From Eledone cirrhosa (Eukaryota): DNA of 64,000 bases. This document shows, piece by piece, positions 36,301-51,300 of this stretch (position 1 is its first letter; every line of letters starts with the position of its first letter). The notes under the pieces were generated by a model. That model ran no database searches and was not told the DNA's origin. It was given only the letters and a program-made list of their open reading frames with translations. The translations under genes and the position numbers were made by a program. The stretch is from positions 78,740,001 to 78,804,000 of the forward strand of contig OZ024744.1 in the NCBI GenBank assembly GCA_964016885.1. Direction: 5' to 3'.

Positions 36301-39300
36301 GTTCTTACTGCTGTTGTGGTTGTTATTGCTGTTGTGGTTGTTACTGCTGTTGTGGTTGTTACTGCTGTTGTGGTTGTTACTGCTGTCACAGTTGTTACTG
36401 CTGTTGTGGTTGTTACTGCTGTCATGTTTGTTACAGCTGTCATGGTTGTTACTGCTGTTGTGGTTGTTACTGCTGTCATGGTTGTTACTGCTATTGTGGT
36501 TGTTACTGCTGTTGTGGTTGTTACTGCTGTCATGGTTGTTACTGCTGTTGTGGTTGTTACTGCTGTCATGGTTGTTACTGCTGTCATGGTTGTTACTGCT
36601 GTCATGGTTGTTACTACTGTTGTGGTTGTTACTGCTGTCATGGTTGTTACTGCTGTTGTGGTTGTTACTGCTGTTGTGGTTGTTACTGCTGTTGTGGTTG
36701 TTACTACTGTTGTGGTTGTTACTGCTGTTGTGGTTGTTACTGCTGTTGTGGTTGTTACTGCTGTTGTGGTTGCTACTGCTGTTGTGGTTGTTACTGCTGT
36801 TGTGGTTGTTACTACTGTTGTGGTTGTTACTACTGTTGTGGTTGTTACTGCTGTCATGGTTGTTACTGCTGTCATGGTTGTTACTACTGTTGTGGTTGTT
36901 ACTGCTGTTGTGGTTGTTACTGTTGTCATGGTTGTTACTGCTGTTGTGGTTGTTACTGCTGTCATGGTTGTTACTGCTGTCATGGTTGTTACTGCTATTG
37001 TGGTTGTTACTGCTGTTGTGGTTGTTACTGCTGTTGTGGTTGTTACTGCTGTCGTGGTTGTTACTGCTGTCATGGTTGTTACTACTGTTGTGGTTGTTAC
37101 TGCTGTTGTGGTTGTTACTGCTGTTGTGGTTGTTACTGCTGTCATAGTTGTTACTACTGTTGTGGTTGTTACTGCTGTCATAGTTGTTACTACTGTTGTG
37201 GTTGTTACTACTGTTGTGGTTGTTACTGCTGTTGTGGTTGTTACTACTGTTGTGGTTGTTAATGCTGTTGTGGTTGTTACTGCTGTCATGGTTGTTACTA
37301 CTGTCATGGTTGTTACTACTGTTGTGGTTGTTACTGCTGTCATGGTTGTTACTGCTGTTGTGGTTGTTACTACTGTCATGGTTGTTACTACTGTTGTGGT
37401 TGTTAATGCTGTTGTGGTTGTTACTACTGTTGTGGTTGTTAATGCTGTTGTGGTTGTTACTGCTGTCATGGTTGTTACTACTGTTGTGGTTGTTACTGCT
37501 GTTGTGGTTGTTACTGCTGTCATGGTTGTTACTGCTGTTGTGGTTGTTACTGCTGTTGTGGTTGTTACTGCTGTTGTGGTTGTTACTGCTGTTGTGGTTG
37601 TTACTGCTGTTGTGGTTGTTAATGCTGTTGTGGTTGTTACTACTGTCATGGTTGTTACTACTGTTGTGGTTGTTACTGCTGTTGTGGTTGTTACTGCTGT
37701 TGTAGTTGTTACTGCTGTTGTGGTTGTTACTGCTGTTGTGGTTGTTACTGCTGTTGTGGTTGTTACTACTGTCATGGTTGTTACTACTGTTGTGGTTGTT
37801 ACTGCTGTTGTGGTTGTTACTGCTGTCATGGTTGTTACTACTGTTGTGGTTGTTACTGCTGTTGTGGTTGTTACTGCTGTTGTGGTTGTTACTGTTGTCA
37901 TGGTTGTTACTGTTGTCATGGTTGTTACTGCTGTCATGGTTGTTACTGCTGTTGTGGTTGTTACTGCTGTTGTGGTTGTTACTGCTGTTGTGGTTGTTAC
38001 TACTGTTGTGGTTGTTACTACTGTCATGGTTGTTACTGCTGTCATGGTTGTTACTGCTGTTGTGCTTGTTACTACTGTCATGGTTGTTACTACTGTCATG
38101 GTTGTTACTGCTGTTGTGGTTGTTACTACTGTCATGGTTGTTACTACTGTTGTGGTTGTTACTGCTGCCATGGTTGTTACTACTGTCATGGTTGTTACTG
38201 CTGTTGTGGTTGTTACTGCTGTTGTGGTTGTTACTACTGTCATGGTTGTTACTACTGTTGTGGTTGTTACTACTGTCATGGTTGTTACTGCTGTCATGGT
38301 TGTTACTGCTGTCATGGTTGTTACTGCTGTTGTGGTTGTTACTGCTGTTGTGGTTGTTACTGCTGTTGTGGTTGTTACTGCTGTTGTGGTTGTTACTGCT
38401 GTCATGGTTGTTACTGCTGTTGTGGTTGTTACTGCTGTTGTGGTTGTTACTACTGTCATGGTTGTTACTGCTGTTGTGGTTGTTACTGCTGTTGTGGTTG
38501 TTACTACTGTCATGGTGGTTACTACTGTTGTGGTTGTTACTACTGTCATGGTTGTTACTGCTGTCATGGTTGTTACTGCTGTTGTGGTTGTTACTGCTGT
38601 TGTGGTTGTTACTGCTGTTGTGGTTGTTACTGCTGTTGTGGTTGTTACTGCTGTTGTGGTTGTTACTGCTGTTGTGGTTGTTACTACTGTCATGGTTGTT
38701 ACTACTGTTGTGGTTGTTACTGCTGTTGTGGTTGTTACTACTGTCATGGTTGTTACTGCTGTTGTGGTTGTTACTGTTGTCATGGTTGTTACTACTGTTG
38801 TGGTTGTTACTGCTGTCATGGTTGTTACTGCTGTTGTGGTTGTTACTGTTGTCATGGTTGTTACTACTGTTGTGGTTGTTACTGCTGTTGTGGTTGTTAC
38901 TGCTGTTGTGGTTGTTACTGCTGTTGTGGTTGTTACTGTTGTCATGGTTGTTACTGCTGTTGTGGTTGTTACTGCTGTCATGGTTGTTACTACTGTTGTG
39001 GTTGTTACTGCTGTTGTTGTTGTTACTGCTGTTGTGGTTGTTACTGCTGTTGTGGTTGTTACTACTGTCATAGTTGTTACTACTGTCATGGTTGTTACTA
39101 CTGTTGTGGTTGTTACTGCTGTTGTGGTTGTTACTGCTATTGTGGTTGTTACTGCTGTTGTGGTTGTTACTGCTGCCATGGTTGTTACTGCTGTTGTCGT
39201 TTTTACTGCTATTGTGGTTGTTACTGCTGTTGTGGTTGTTACTACTGTTGTGGTTGTTACTACTGTTGTGGTTGTTACTGCTATTGTGGTTGTTACTGCT

Positions 39301-42300
39301 GTTGTGGTTGTTACTACTGTTGTGGTTGTTACTACTGTTGTGGTTGTTACTGCGATTGTGGTTGTTACTGCTGTTGTGGTTGTTACTGCTGTCATGGTTG
39401 TTACTGCTGTTGTGGTTGTTACTGCTATTGTGGTTGTTACTGCTGTTGTGGTTGTTACTGCTGCCATGGTTGTTACTGCTGTTGTGGTTGTTACTGCTGT
39501 CATGGTTGTTACTGCTGTCATGGTTGTTACTGCTGTTGTGGTTCTTACTGCTGTTGTGGTTGTTTCTGCTGTTGTGGTTGTTACTGTTGTCATGGTTGTT
39601 ACTGCTGTTGTGGTTGTTACTGTTGTCATGGTTGTTACTGCTGTTGTGGTTGTTACTGCTGTCATGGTTGTTACTGCTGTTGTGGTTGTTACTGCTGTCA
39701 TGGTTGTTACTACTGTTGTGGTTGTTACTGCTGTTGTGGTTGTTACTGCTGTTGTGGTTGTTACTGCTGTTGTGGTTGTTACTGCTGTTGTGGTTGTTAC
39801 TGCTGTCATGGTTGTTACTGCTGTTGTGGTTGTTACTGCTGTTGTGGTTGTTACTGCTGTTGTGGTTGTTACTGCTGTCATGGTTGTTACTGCTATTGTG
39901 GTTGTTACTGATGTTGTGGTTGTTACTGCTGTTGTGGTTGTTACTGCTGTCGTGGTTGTTACTACTGTTGTGGTTGTTACTGCTGTTGTTGTTGTTACTG
40001 CTGTTGTGGTTGTTACTGCTGTTGTGGTTGTTACTACTGTCATAGTTGTTACTACTGTCATGGTTGTTACTACTGTTGTGGTTGTTACTGCGGTTGTGGT
40101 TGTTACTGCTGTCATGGTTGTTACTGCTGTCATAGTTGTTACTACTGTTGTGGTTGTTACTGCTGTCATGGTTGTTACTGCTGTCATGGTTGTTACTGCT
40201 GTCATGGTTGTTACTACTGTTGTGGTTGTTACTGCTGTCATGGTTGTTACTACTGTCATGGTTGTTACTACTGTTGTGGTTGTTACTGCTGTTGTGGTTG
40301 TTACTGCTGTTGTGGTTGTTACTGCTGTTGTGGTCGTTACTGCTGTTGTGGTTGTTACTGCTGTTGTGGTTGTTACTGTTGTCATGGTTGTTACTGCTGT
40401 TGTGGTTGTTACTGCTGTCATGGTTGTTACTACTGTTGTGGTTGTTACTGCTGTCATGGTTGTTACTGCTGTTGTGGTTGTTACTGCTGTTGTGGTTGTT
40501 ACTGTTGTCATGGTTGTTACTGCTGTTGTGTTTGTTACTGCTGTCATGGTTGTTACTACTGTTGTGGTTGTTACTACTGTTGTGGTTGTTACTGCTGTTG
40601 TGGTTGTTACTGCTGTCATGGTTGTTACTGCTGTTGTGGTTGTTACTGCTATTGTGGTTGTTACTGCTGTTGTGGTTGTTACTACTGTTGTGGTTGTTAC
40701 TACTGTCATGGTTGTTACTGCTGTCATGGTTGTTACTGCTGTTGTGGTTGTTACTGCTGTTGTGGTTGTTACTGCTGTTGTGGTTGTTACTACTGTTGTG
40801 GTTGTTACTACTGTCATGGTTGTTACTGCTGTCATGGTTGTTACTGCTGTTGTGCTTGTTACTACTGTCATGGTTGTTACTACTGTCATGGTTGTTACTG
40901 CTGTTGTGGTTGTTACTACTGTCATGGTTGTTACTACTGTTGTGGTTGTTACTGCTGCCATGGTTGTTACTACTGTCATGGTTGTTACTGCTGTTGTGGT
41001 TGTTACTGCTGTTGTGGTTGTTACTACTGTCATGGTTGTTACTACTGTTGTGGTTGTTACTACTGTCATGGTTGTTACTGCTGTCATGGTTGTTACTGCT
41101 GTTGTGGTTGTTACTGCTGTTGTGGTTGTTACTGCTGTTGTGGTTGTTACTGCTGTTGTGGTTGTTACTGCTGTTGTGGTTGTTACTGCTGTCATGGTTG
41201 TTACTGCTGTTGTGGTTGTTACTGCTGTTGTGGTTGTTACTACTGTCATGGTTGTTACTGCTGTTGTGGTTGTTACTGCTGTTGTGGTTGTTACTACTGT
41301 CATGGTGGTTACTACTGTTGTGGTTGTTACTACTGTCATGGTTGTTACTGCTGTCATGGTTGTTACTGCTGTTGTGGTTGTTACTGCTGTTGTGGTTGTT
41401 ACTGCTGTTGTGGTTGTTACTGCTGTTGTGGTTGTTACTGCTGTTGTGGTTGTTACTGCTGTTGTGGTTGTTACTACTGTCATGGTTGTTACTACTGTTG
41501 TGGTTGTTACTGCTGTTGTGGTTGTTACTACTGTCATGGTTGTTACTGCTGTTGTGGTTGTTACTGTTGTCATGGTTGTTACTACTGTTGTGGTTGTTAC
41601 TGCTGTCATGGTTGTTACTGCTGTTGTGGTTGTTACTGTTGTCATGGTTGTTACTACTGTTGTGGTTGTTACTGCTGTTGTGGTTGTTACTGCTGTTGTG
41701 GTTGTTACTGCTGTTGTGGTTGTTACTGTTGTCATGGTTGTTACTGCTGTTGTGGTTGTTACTGCTGTCATGGTTGTTACTACTGTTGTGGTTGTTACTG
41801 CTGTTGTTGTTGTTACTGCTGTCGTGGTTGTTACTGCTGTTGTGGTTGTTACTACTGTCATAGTTGTTACTACTGTCATGGTTGTTACTACTGTTGTGGT
41901 TGTTACTGCTGTTGTGGTTGTTACTGCTATTGTGGTTGTTACTGCTGTTGTGGTTGTTACTGCTGCCATGGTTGTTACTGCTGTTGTCGTTTTTACTGCT
42001 ATTGTGGTTGTTACTGCTGTTGTGGTTGTTACTACTGTTGTGGTTGTTACTACTGTTGTGGTTGTTACTGCTATTGTGGTTGTTACTGCTGTTGTGGTTG
42101 TTACTACTGTTGTGGTTGTTACTACTGTTGTGGTTGTTACTGCGATTGTGGTTGTTACTGCTGTTGTGGTTGTTACTGCTGTCATGGTTGTTACTGCTGT
42201 TGTGGTTGTTACTGCTATTGTCGTTGTTACTGCTGTTGTGGTTGTTACTGCTGCCATGGTTGTTACTGCTGTTGTGGTTGTTACTGCTGTCATGGTTGTT

Positions 42301-45300
42301 ACTGCTGTCATGGTTGTTACTGCTGTTGTGGTTCTTACTGCTGTTGTGGTTGTTACTGCTGTTGTGGTTGTTACTGTTGTCATGGTTGTTACTGCTGTTG
42401 TGGTTGTTACTGTTGTCATGGTTGTTACTGCTGTTGTGGTTGTTACTGCTGTCATGGTTGTTACTGCTGTTGTGGTTGTTACTGCTGTCATGGTTGTTAC
42501 TACTGTTGTGGTTGTTACTGCTGTTGTGGTTGTTACTGCTGTTGTGGTTGTTACTGCTGTCATGGTTGTTACTGCTGTTGTGGTTGTTACTGCTGTCATG
42601 GTTGTTACTGCTGTTGTGGTTGTTACTGCTGTTGTGGTTGTTACTGCTGTTGTGGTTGTTACTGCTGTCATGGTTGTTACTGCTATTGTGGTTGTTACTG
42701 ATGTTGTGGTTGTTACTGCTGTTGTGGTTGTTACTGCTGTCGTGGTTGTTACTACTGTTGTGGTTGTTACTGCTGTTGTTGTTGTTACTGCTGTTGTGGT
42801 TGTTACTGCTGTTGTGGTTGTTACTACTGTCATAGTTGTTACTACTGTCATGGTTGTTACTACTGTTGTGGTTGTTACTGCGGTTGTGGTTGTTACTGCT
42901 GTCATGGTTGTTACTGATGTCATAGTTGTTACTACTGTTGTGGTTGTTACTGCTGTCATGGTTGTTACTGCTGTCATGGTTGTTACTGCTGTCATGGTTG
43001 TTACTACTGTTGTGGTTGTTACTGCTGTCATGGTTGTTACTACTGTCATGGTTGTTACTACTGTTGTGGTTGTTACTGCTGTTGTGGTTGTTACTGCTGT
43101 TGTGGTTGTTACTGCTGTTGTGGTTGTTACTGTTGTCATGGTTGTTACTGCTGTTGTGGTTGTTACTGCTGTCATGGTTGTTACTACTGTTGTGGTTGTT
43201 ACTGCTGTCATGGTTGTTACTGCTGTTGTGGTTGTTACTGCTGTTGTGGTTGTTACTGTTGTCATGGTTGTTACTGCTGTTGTGGTTGTTACTGCTGTCA
43301 TGGTTGTTACTACTGTTGTGGTTGTTACTACTGTTGTGGTTGTTACTGCTGTTGTGGTTGTTACTGCTGTCATGGTTGTTACTGCTGTTGTGGTTGTTAC
43401 TGCTATTGTGGTTGTTACTACTGTTGTGGTTGTTACTGCTGTCATGGTTGGTACTGCTGTTGTGGTTGTTACTGCTGTTGTGGTTGTTACTGTTGTTGTG
43501 GTTGTTACTGCTGTTGTGGTTGTTACTACTGTTGTGGTTGTTACTGCTATTGTGGTTGTTACTGCTGTTGTAGTTGTTACTGCTGTTGTGGTTGTTACTG
43601 CTGTTGTGGTTGTTACTGCTGTCATGGTTGTTACTGCTCTCATGGTTGTTACTGCTGTCATGGTTGTAACTGCTGTTGTGGTTGTTACTACTGTTGTGGT
43701 TGTTACGGCTGTTGTGGTTGTTACTGTTGTCATGGTTGTTACTGCTGTTGTGGTTGTTACTGCTGTCATGGTTGGTACTGCTGTTGTGGTTGTTACTGCT
43801 GTTGTGGTTGTTACTGTTGTTGTGGTTGTTACTGCTGTTGTGGTTGTTACTGTTGTCATGGTTGTTACTGCTGTTGTGGTTGTTACTGCTGTTGTGGTTG
43901 TTACTGCTGTTGTGCTTGTTACTGCTGTTGTGGTTGTTACTGCTGTTGTGGTTGTTACTGCTGTCACAGTTGTTACTGCTGTTGTGGTTGTTGCTGCTGT
44001 CATGGTTGTTACTGCTGTCATGGTTGTTACTGCTGTTGTGGTTGTTACTGCTGTCATGGTTGTTACTGCTATTGTGGTTGTTACTGCTGTTGTGGTTGTT
44101 ACTGCTGTCATAGTTGTTACTGCTGTCATGGTTGTTACTGCTGTCATGGTTGTTACTACTGTTGTGGTTGTTACTGCTGTCATGGTTGTTACTGCTGTTG
44201 TGGTTGTTACTGCTGTTGTGGTTGTTACTGCTGTTGTGGTTGTTACTACTGTTGTGGTTGTTACTACTGTTGTGGTTGTTACTGCTATTGTGGTTGTTAC
44301 TGCTGTTGTGGTTGTTACTACTGTTGTGGTTGTTACTACTGTTGTGGTTGTTACTGCGATTGTGGTTGTTACTGCTGTTGTGGTTGTTACTGCTGTCATG
44401 GTTGTTACTGCTGTTGTGGTTGTTACTGCTATTGTGGTTGTTACTGCTGTTGTGGTTGTTACTGCTGCCATGGTTGTTACTGCTGTTGTGGTTGTTACTG
44501 CTGTCATGGTTGTTACTGCTGTCATGGTTGTTACTGCTGTTGTGGTTCTTACTGCTGTTGTGGTTGTTTCTGCTGTTGTGGTTGTTACTGTTGTCATGGT
44601 TGTTACTGCTGTTGTGGTTGTTACTGTTGTCATGGTTGTTACTGCTGTTGTGGTTGTTACTGCTGTCATGGTTGTTACTGCTGTTGTGGTTGTTACTGCT
44701 GTCATGGTTGTTACTACTGTTGTGGTTGTTACTGCTGTTGTGGTTGTTACTGCTGTTGTGGTTGTTACTGCTGTTGTGGTTGTTACTGCTGTTGTGGTTG
44801 TTACTGCTGTCATGGTTGTTACTGCTGTTGTGGTTGTTACTGCTGTTGTGGTTGTTACTGCTGTTGTGGTTGTTACTGCTGTCATGGTTGTTACTGCTAT
44901 TGTGGTTGTTACTGATGTTGTGGTTGTTACTGCTGTTGTGGTTGTTACTGCTGTCGTGGTTGTTACTACTGTTGTGGTTGTTACTGCTGTTGTTGTTGTT
45001 ACTGCTGTTGTGGTTGTTACTGCTGTTGTGGTTGTTACTACTGTCATAGTTGTTACTACTGTCATGGTTGTTACTACTGTTGTGGTTGTTACTGCGGTTG
45101 TGGTTGTTACTGCTGTCATGGTTGTTACTGCTGTCATAGTTGTTACTACTGTTGTGGTTGTTACTGCTGTCATGGTTGTTACTGCTGTCATGGTTGTTAC
45201 TGCTGTCATGGTTGTTACTACTGTTGTGGTTGTTACTGCTGTCATGGTTGTTACTACTGTCATGGTTGTTACTACTGTTGTGGTTGTTACTGCTGTTGTG

Positions 45301-48300
45301 GTTGTTACTGCTGTTGTGGTTGTTACTGCTGTTGTGGTCGTTACTGCTGTTGTGGTTGTTACTGCTGTTGTGGTTGTTACTGTTGTCATGGTTGTTACTG
45401 CTGTTGTGGTTGTTACTGCTGTCATGGTTGTTACTACTGTTGTGGTTGTTACTGCTGTCATGGTTGTTACTGCTGTTGTGGTTGTTACTGCTGTTGTGGT
45501 TGTTACTGTTGTCATGGTTGTTACTGCTGTTGTGTTTGTTACTGCTGTCATGGTTGTTACTACTGTTGTGGTTGTTACTACTGTTGTGGTTGTTACTGCT
45601 GTTGTGGTTGTTACTGCTGTCATGGTTGTTACTGCTGTTGTGGTTGTTACTGCTATTGTGGTTGTTACTGCTGTTGTGGTTGTTACTACTGTTGTGGTTG
45701 TTACTACTGTCATGGTTGTTACTGCTGTCATGGTTGTTACTGCTGTTGTGGTTGTTACTGCTGTTGTGGTTGTTACTGCTGTTGTGGTTGTTACTACTGT
45801 TGTGGTTGTTACTACTGTCATGGTTGTTACTGCTGTCATGGTTGTTACTGCTGTTGTGCTTGTTACTACTGTCATGGTTGTTACTACTGTCATGGTTGTT
45901 ACTGCTGTTGTGGTTGTTACTACTGTCATGGTTGTTACTACTGTTGTGGTTGTTACTGCTGCCATGGTTGTTACTACTGTCATGGTTGTTACTGCTGTTG
46001 TGGTTGTTACTGCTGTTGTGGTTGTTACTACTGTCATGGTTGTTACTACTGTTGTGGTTGTTACTACTGTCATGGTTGTTACTGCTGTCATGGTTGTTAC
46101 TGCTGTTGTGGTTGTTACTGCTGTTGTGGTTGTTACTGCTGTTGTGGTTGTTACTGCTGTTGTGGTTGTTACTGCTGTTGTGGTTGTTACTGCTGTCATG
46201 GTTGTTACTGCTGTTGTGGTTGTTACTGCTGTTGTGGTTGTTACTACTGTCATGGTTGTTACTGCTGTTGTGGTTGTTACTGCTGTTGTGGTTGTTACTA
46301 CTGTCATGGTGGTTACTACTGTTGTGGTTGTTACTACTGTCATGGTTGTTACTGCTGTCATGGTTGTTACTGCTGTTGTGGTTGTTACTGCTGTTGTGGT
46401 TGTTACTGCTGTTGTGGTTGTTACTGCTGTTGTGGTTGTTACTGCTGTTGTGGTTGTTACTGCTGTTGTGGTTGTTACTACTGTCATGGTTGTTACTACT
46501 GTTGTGGTTGTTACTGCTGTTGTGGTTGTTACTACTGTCATGGTTGTTACTGCTGTTGTGGTTGTTACTGTTGTCATGGTTGTTACTACTGTTGTGGTTG
46601 TTACTGCTGTCATGGTTGTTACTGCTGTTGTGGTTGTTACTGTTGTCATGGTTGTTACTACTGTTGTGGTTGTTACTGCTGTTGTGGTTGTTACTGCTGT
46701 TGTGGTTGTTACTGCTGTTGTGGTTGTTACTGTTGTCATGGTTGTTACTGCTGTTGTGGTTGTTACTGCTGTCATGGTTGTTACTACTGTTGTGGTTGTT
46801 ACTGCTGTTGTTGTTGTTACTGCTGTCGTGGTTGTTACTGCTGTTGTGGTTGTTACTACTGTCATAGTTGTTACTACTGTCATGGTTGTTACTACTGTTG
46901 TGGTTGTTACTGCTGTTGTGGTTGTTACTGCTATTGTGGTTGTTACTGCTGTTGTGGTTGTTACTGCTGCCATGGTTGTTACTGCTGTTGTCGTTTTTAC
47001 TGCTATTGTGGTTGTTACTGCTGTTGTGGTTGTTACTACTGTTGTGGTTGTTACTACTGTTGTGGTTGTTACTGCTATTGTGGTTGTTACTGCTGTTGTG
47101 GTTGTTACTACTGTTGTGGTTGTTACTACTGTTGTGGTTGTTACTGCGATTGTGGTTGTTACTGCTGTTGTGGTTGTTACTGCTGTCATGGTTGTTACTG
47201 CTGTTGTGGTTGTTACTGCTATTGTCGTTGTTACTGCTGTTGTGGTTGTTACTGCTGCCATGGTTGTTACTGCTGTTGTGGTTGTTACTGCTGTCATGGT
47301 TGTTACTGCTGTCATGGTTGTTACTGCTGTTGTGGTTCTTACTGCTGTTGTGGTTGTTACTGCTGTTGTGGTTGTTACTGTTGTCATGGTTGTTACTGCT
47401 GTTGTGGTTGTTACTGTTGTCATGGTTGTTACTGCTGTTGTGGTTGTTACTGCTGTCATGGTTGTTACTGCTGTTGTGGTTGTTACTGCTGTCATGGTTG
47501 TTACTACTGTTGTGGTTGTTACTGCTGTTGTGGTTGTTACTGCTGTTGTGGTTGTTACTGCTGTCATGGTTGTTACTGCTGTTGTGGTTGTTACTGCTGT
47601 CATGGTTGTTACTGCTGTTGTGGTTGTTACTGCTGTTGTGGTTGTTACTGCTGTTGTGGTTGTTACTGCTGTCATGGTTGTTACTGCTATTGTGGTTGTT
47701 ACTGATGTTGTGGTTGTTACTGCTGTTGTGGTTGTTACTGCTGTCGTGGTTGTTACTACTGTTGTGGTTGTTACTGCTGTTGTTGTTGTTACTGCTGTTG
47801 TGGTTGTTACTGCTGTTGTGGTTGTTACTACTGTCATAGTTGTTACTACTGTCATGGTTGTTACTACTGTTGTGGTTGTTACTGCGGTTGTGGTTGTTAC
47901 TGCTGTCATGGTTGTTACTGATGTCATAGTTGTTACTACTGTTGTGGTTGTTACTGCTGTCATGGTTGTTACTGCTGTCATGGTTGTTACTGCTGTCATG
48001 GTTGTTACTACTGTTGTGGTTGTTACTGCTGTCATGGTTGTTACTACTGTCATGGTTGTTACTACTGTTGTGGTTGTTACTGCTGTTGTGGTTGTTACTG
48101 CTGTTGTGGTTGTTACTGCTGTTGTGGTTGTTACTGTTGTCATGGTTGTTACTGCTGTTGTGGTTGTTACTGCTGTCATGGTTGTTACTACTGTTGTGGT
48201 TGTTACTGCTGTCATGGTTGTTACTGCTGTTGTGGTTGTTACTGCTGTTGTGGTTGTTACTGTTGTCATGGTTGTTACTGCTGTTGTGGTTGTTACTGCT

Positions 48301-51300
48301 GTCATGGTTGTTACTACTGTTGTGGTTGTTACTACTGTTGTGGTTGTTACTGCTGTTGTGGTTGTTACTGCTGTCATGGTTGTTACTGCTGTTGTGGTTG
48401 TTACTGCTATTGTGGTTGTTACTACTGTTGTGGTTGTTACTGCTGTCATGGTTGGTACTGCTGTTGTGGTTGTTACTGCTGTTGTGGTTGTTACTGTTGT
48501 TGTGGTTGTTACTGCTGTTGTGGTTGTTACTACTGTTGTGGTTGTTACTGCTATTGTGGTTGTTACTGCTGTTGTAGTTGTTACTGCTGTTGTGGTTGTT
48601 ACTGCTGTTGTGGTTGTTACTGCTGTCATGGTTGTTACTGCTCTCATGGTTGTTACTGCTGTCATGGTTGTAACTGCTGTTGTGGTTGTTACTACTGTTG
48701 TGGTTGTTACGGCTGTTGTGGTTGTTACTGTTGTCATGGTTGTTACTGCTGTTGTGGTTGTTACTGCTGTCATGGTTGGTACTGCTGTTGTGGTTGTTAC
48801 TGCTGTTGTGGTTGTTACTGTTGTTGTGGTTGTTACTGCTGTTGTGGTTGTTACTGTTGTCATGGTTGTTACTGCTGTTGTGGTTGTTACTGCTGTTGTG
48901 GTTGTTACTGCTGTTGTGCTTGTTACTGCTGTTGTGGTTGTTACTGCTGTTGTGGTTGTTACTGCTGTCACAGTTGTTACTGCTGTTGTGGTTGTTGCTG
49001 CTGTCATGGTTGTTACTGCTGTCATGGTTGTTACTGCTGTTGTGGTTGTTACTGCTGTCATGGTTGTTACTGCTATTGTGGTTGTTACTGCTGTTGTGGT
49101 TGTTACTGCTGTCATAGTTGTTACTGCTGTCATGGTTGTTACTGCTGTCATGGTTGTTACTACTGTTGTGGTTGTTACTGCTGTCATGGTTGTTACTGCT
49201 GTTGTGGTTGTTACTGCTGTTGTGGTTGTTACTGCTGTCATGGTTGTTACTGCTATTGTGGTTGTTACTGCTGTTGTGGTTGTTACTGCTGTCATGGTTG
49301 TTACTGCTGTTGTGGTTGTTACTGCTGTTGTGGTTGTTACTGCTGTTGTGGTTGTTACTGCTGTCATAGTTGTTACTACTGTTGTGGTTGTTACTGCTGT
49401 CATAGTTGTTACTACTGTTGTGGTTGTTACTACTGTTGTGGTTGTTAATGCTGTTGTGGTTGTTACTGCTGTTGTGGTTGTTACTGCTGTTGTGGTTGTT
49501 ACTGCTGTTGTGGTTGTTACTGCTGTCATAGTTATTACTGGTGTTGTGGTTGTTACTGCTGTCATGGTTGTTACTACTGTCATGGTTGTTACTACTGTTG
49601 TGGTTGTTACTGCTGTTGTGGTTGTTACTGCTGTTGTGGTTGTTACTGCTGTTGTGGTTGTTACTGCTGTCATGGTTGTTACTGCTGTCATGGTTGTTAC
49701 TGCTGTCATGGTTGTTACTGCTGTTGTGGTTGTTACTACTGTTGTGGTTGTTACTGCTGTTGTGGTTGTTACTGTTGTCATGGTTGTTACTGCTGTTGTG
49801 GTTGTTACTGCTGTTGTGGTTGTTACTGTTGTCATGGTTGTTACTGCTGTTGTGGTTGTTATTGCTGTTGTGGTTGTTACTGCTGTTGTGGTTGTTACTG
49901 CTGTTGTGGTTGTTACTGCTGTCACAGTTGTTACTGCTGTTGTGGTTGTTACTGCTGTCATGGTTGTTACAGCTGTCATGGTTGTTACTGCTGTTGTGGT
50001 TGTTACTGCTGTCATGGTTGTTACTGTTATTGTGGTTGTTACTGCTGTTGTGGTTGTTACTGCTGTTGTGGTTGTTACTGCTGTCATGGTTGTTACTGCT
50101 GTTGTGGTTGTTACTGCTGTTGTGGTTGTTACTGCTGTCATAGTTGTTACTGCTGTCATGGTTGTTACTGATGTCATGGTTGTTACTACTGTTGTGGTTG
50201 TTACTGCTGTCATGGTTGTTACTGCTGTTGTGGTTGTTACTGCTGTTGTGGTTGTTACTGCTGTTGTGGTTGTTACTACTGTTGTGGTTGTTACTGCTGT
50301 TGTGGTTGTTACTGCTGTTGTGGTTGTTACTGCTGTTGTGGTTGCTACTGCTGTTGTGGTTGTTACTGCTGTTGTGGTTGTTACTACTGTTGTGGTTGTT
50401 ACTATTGTTGTGGTTGTTACTGCTGTCATGGTTGTTACTGCTGTCATGGTTGTTACTACTGTTGTGGTTGTTACTGCTGTTGTGGTTGTTACTGTTGTCA
50501 TGGTTGTTACTGCTGTTGTGGTTGTTACTGCTGTCATGGTTGTTACTGCTGTCATGGTTGTTACTGCTATTGTGGTTGTTACTGCTGTTGTGGTTGTTAC
50601 TGCTGTTGTGGTTGTTACTGCTGTCATGGTTGTTACTGCTGTCATGGTTGTTACTACTGTTGTGGTTGTTACTGCTGTTGTGGTTGTTACTGCTGTTGTG
50701 GTTGTTACTGCTGTTGTGGTTGTTACTGCTGTTGTGGTTGTTACTGCTGTTGTGGTTGTTACTGTTGTCATGGTTGTTACTGTTGTCATGGTTGTTACTG
50801 CTGTCATGGTTGTTACTACTGTTGTGGTTGTTACTGCTGTTGTGGTTGTTACTGCTGTTGTGGTTGTTACTGCTGTTGTGGTTGTTACTGCTGTTGTGGT
50901 TGTTACTGCTGTTGTGGTTGTTACTGCTGTTGTGGTTGTTACTACTGTTGTGGTTGTTACTACTGTCATGGTTGTTACTGCTGTCATGGTTGTTACTGCT
51001 GTTGTGGTTGTTACTACTGTCATGGTTGTTACTACTGTTGTGGTTGTTACTACTGTCATGGTTGTTACTGCTGTCATGGTTGTTACTGCTGTTGTGGTTG
51101 TTACTGCTGTTGTGGTTGTTACTACTGTCATGGTTGTTACTGCTGTTGTGGTTGTTACTGCTGTTGTGGTTGTTACTACTGTCATGGTTGTTACTACTGT
51201 TGTGGTTGTTACTACTGTCATGGTTGTTACTGCTGTCATGGTTGTTACTGCTGTTGTGGTTGTTACTGCTGTTGTGGTTGTTACTGCTGTTGTGGTTGTT

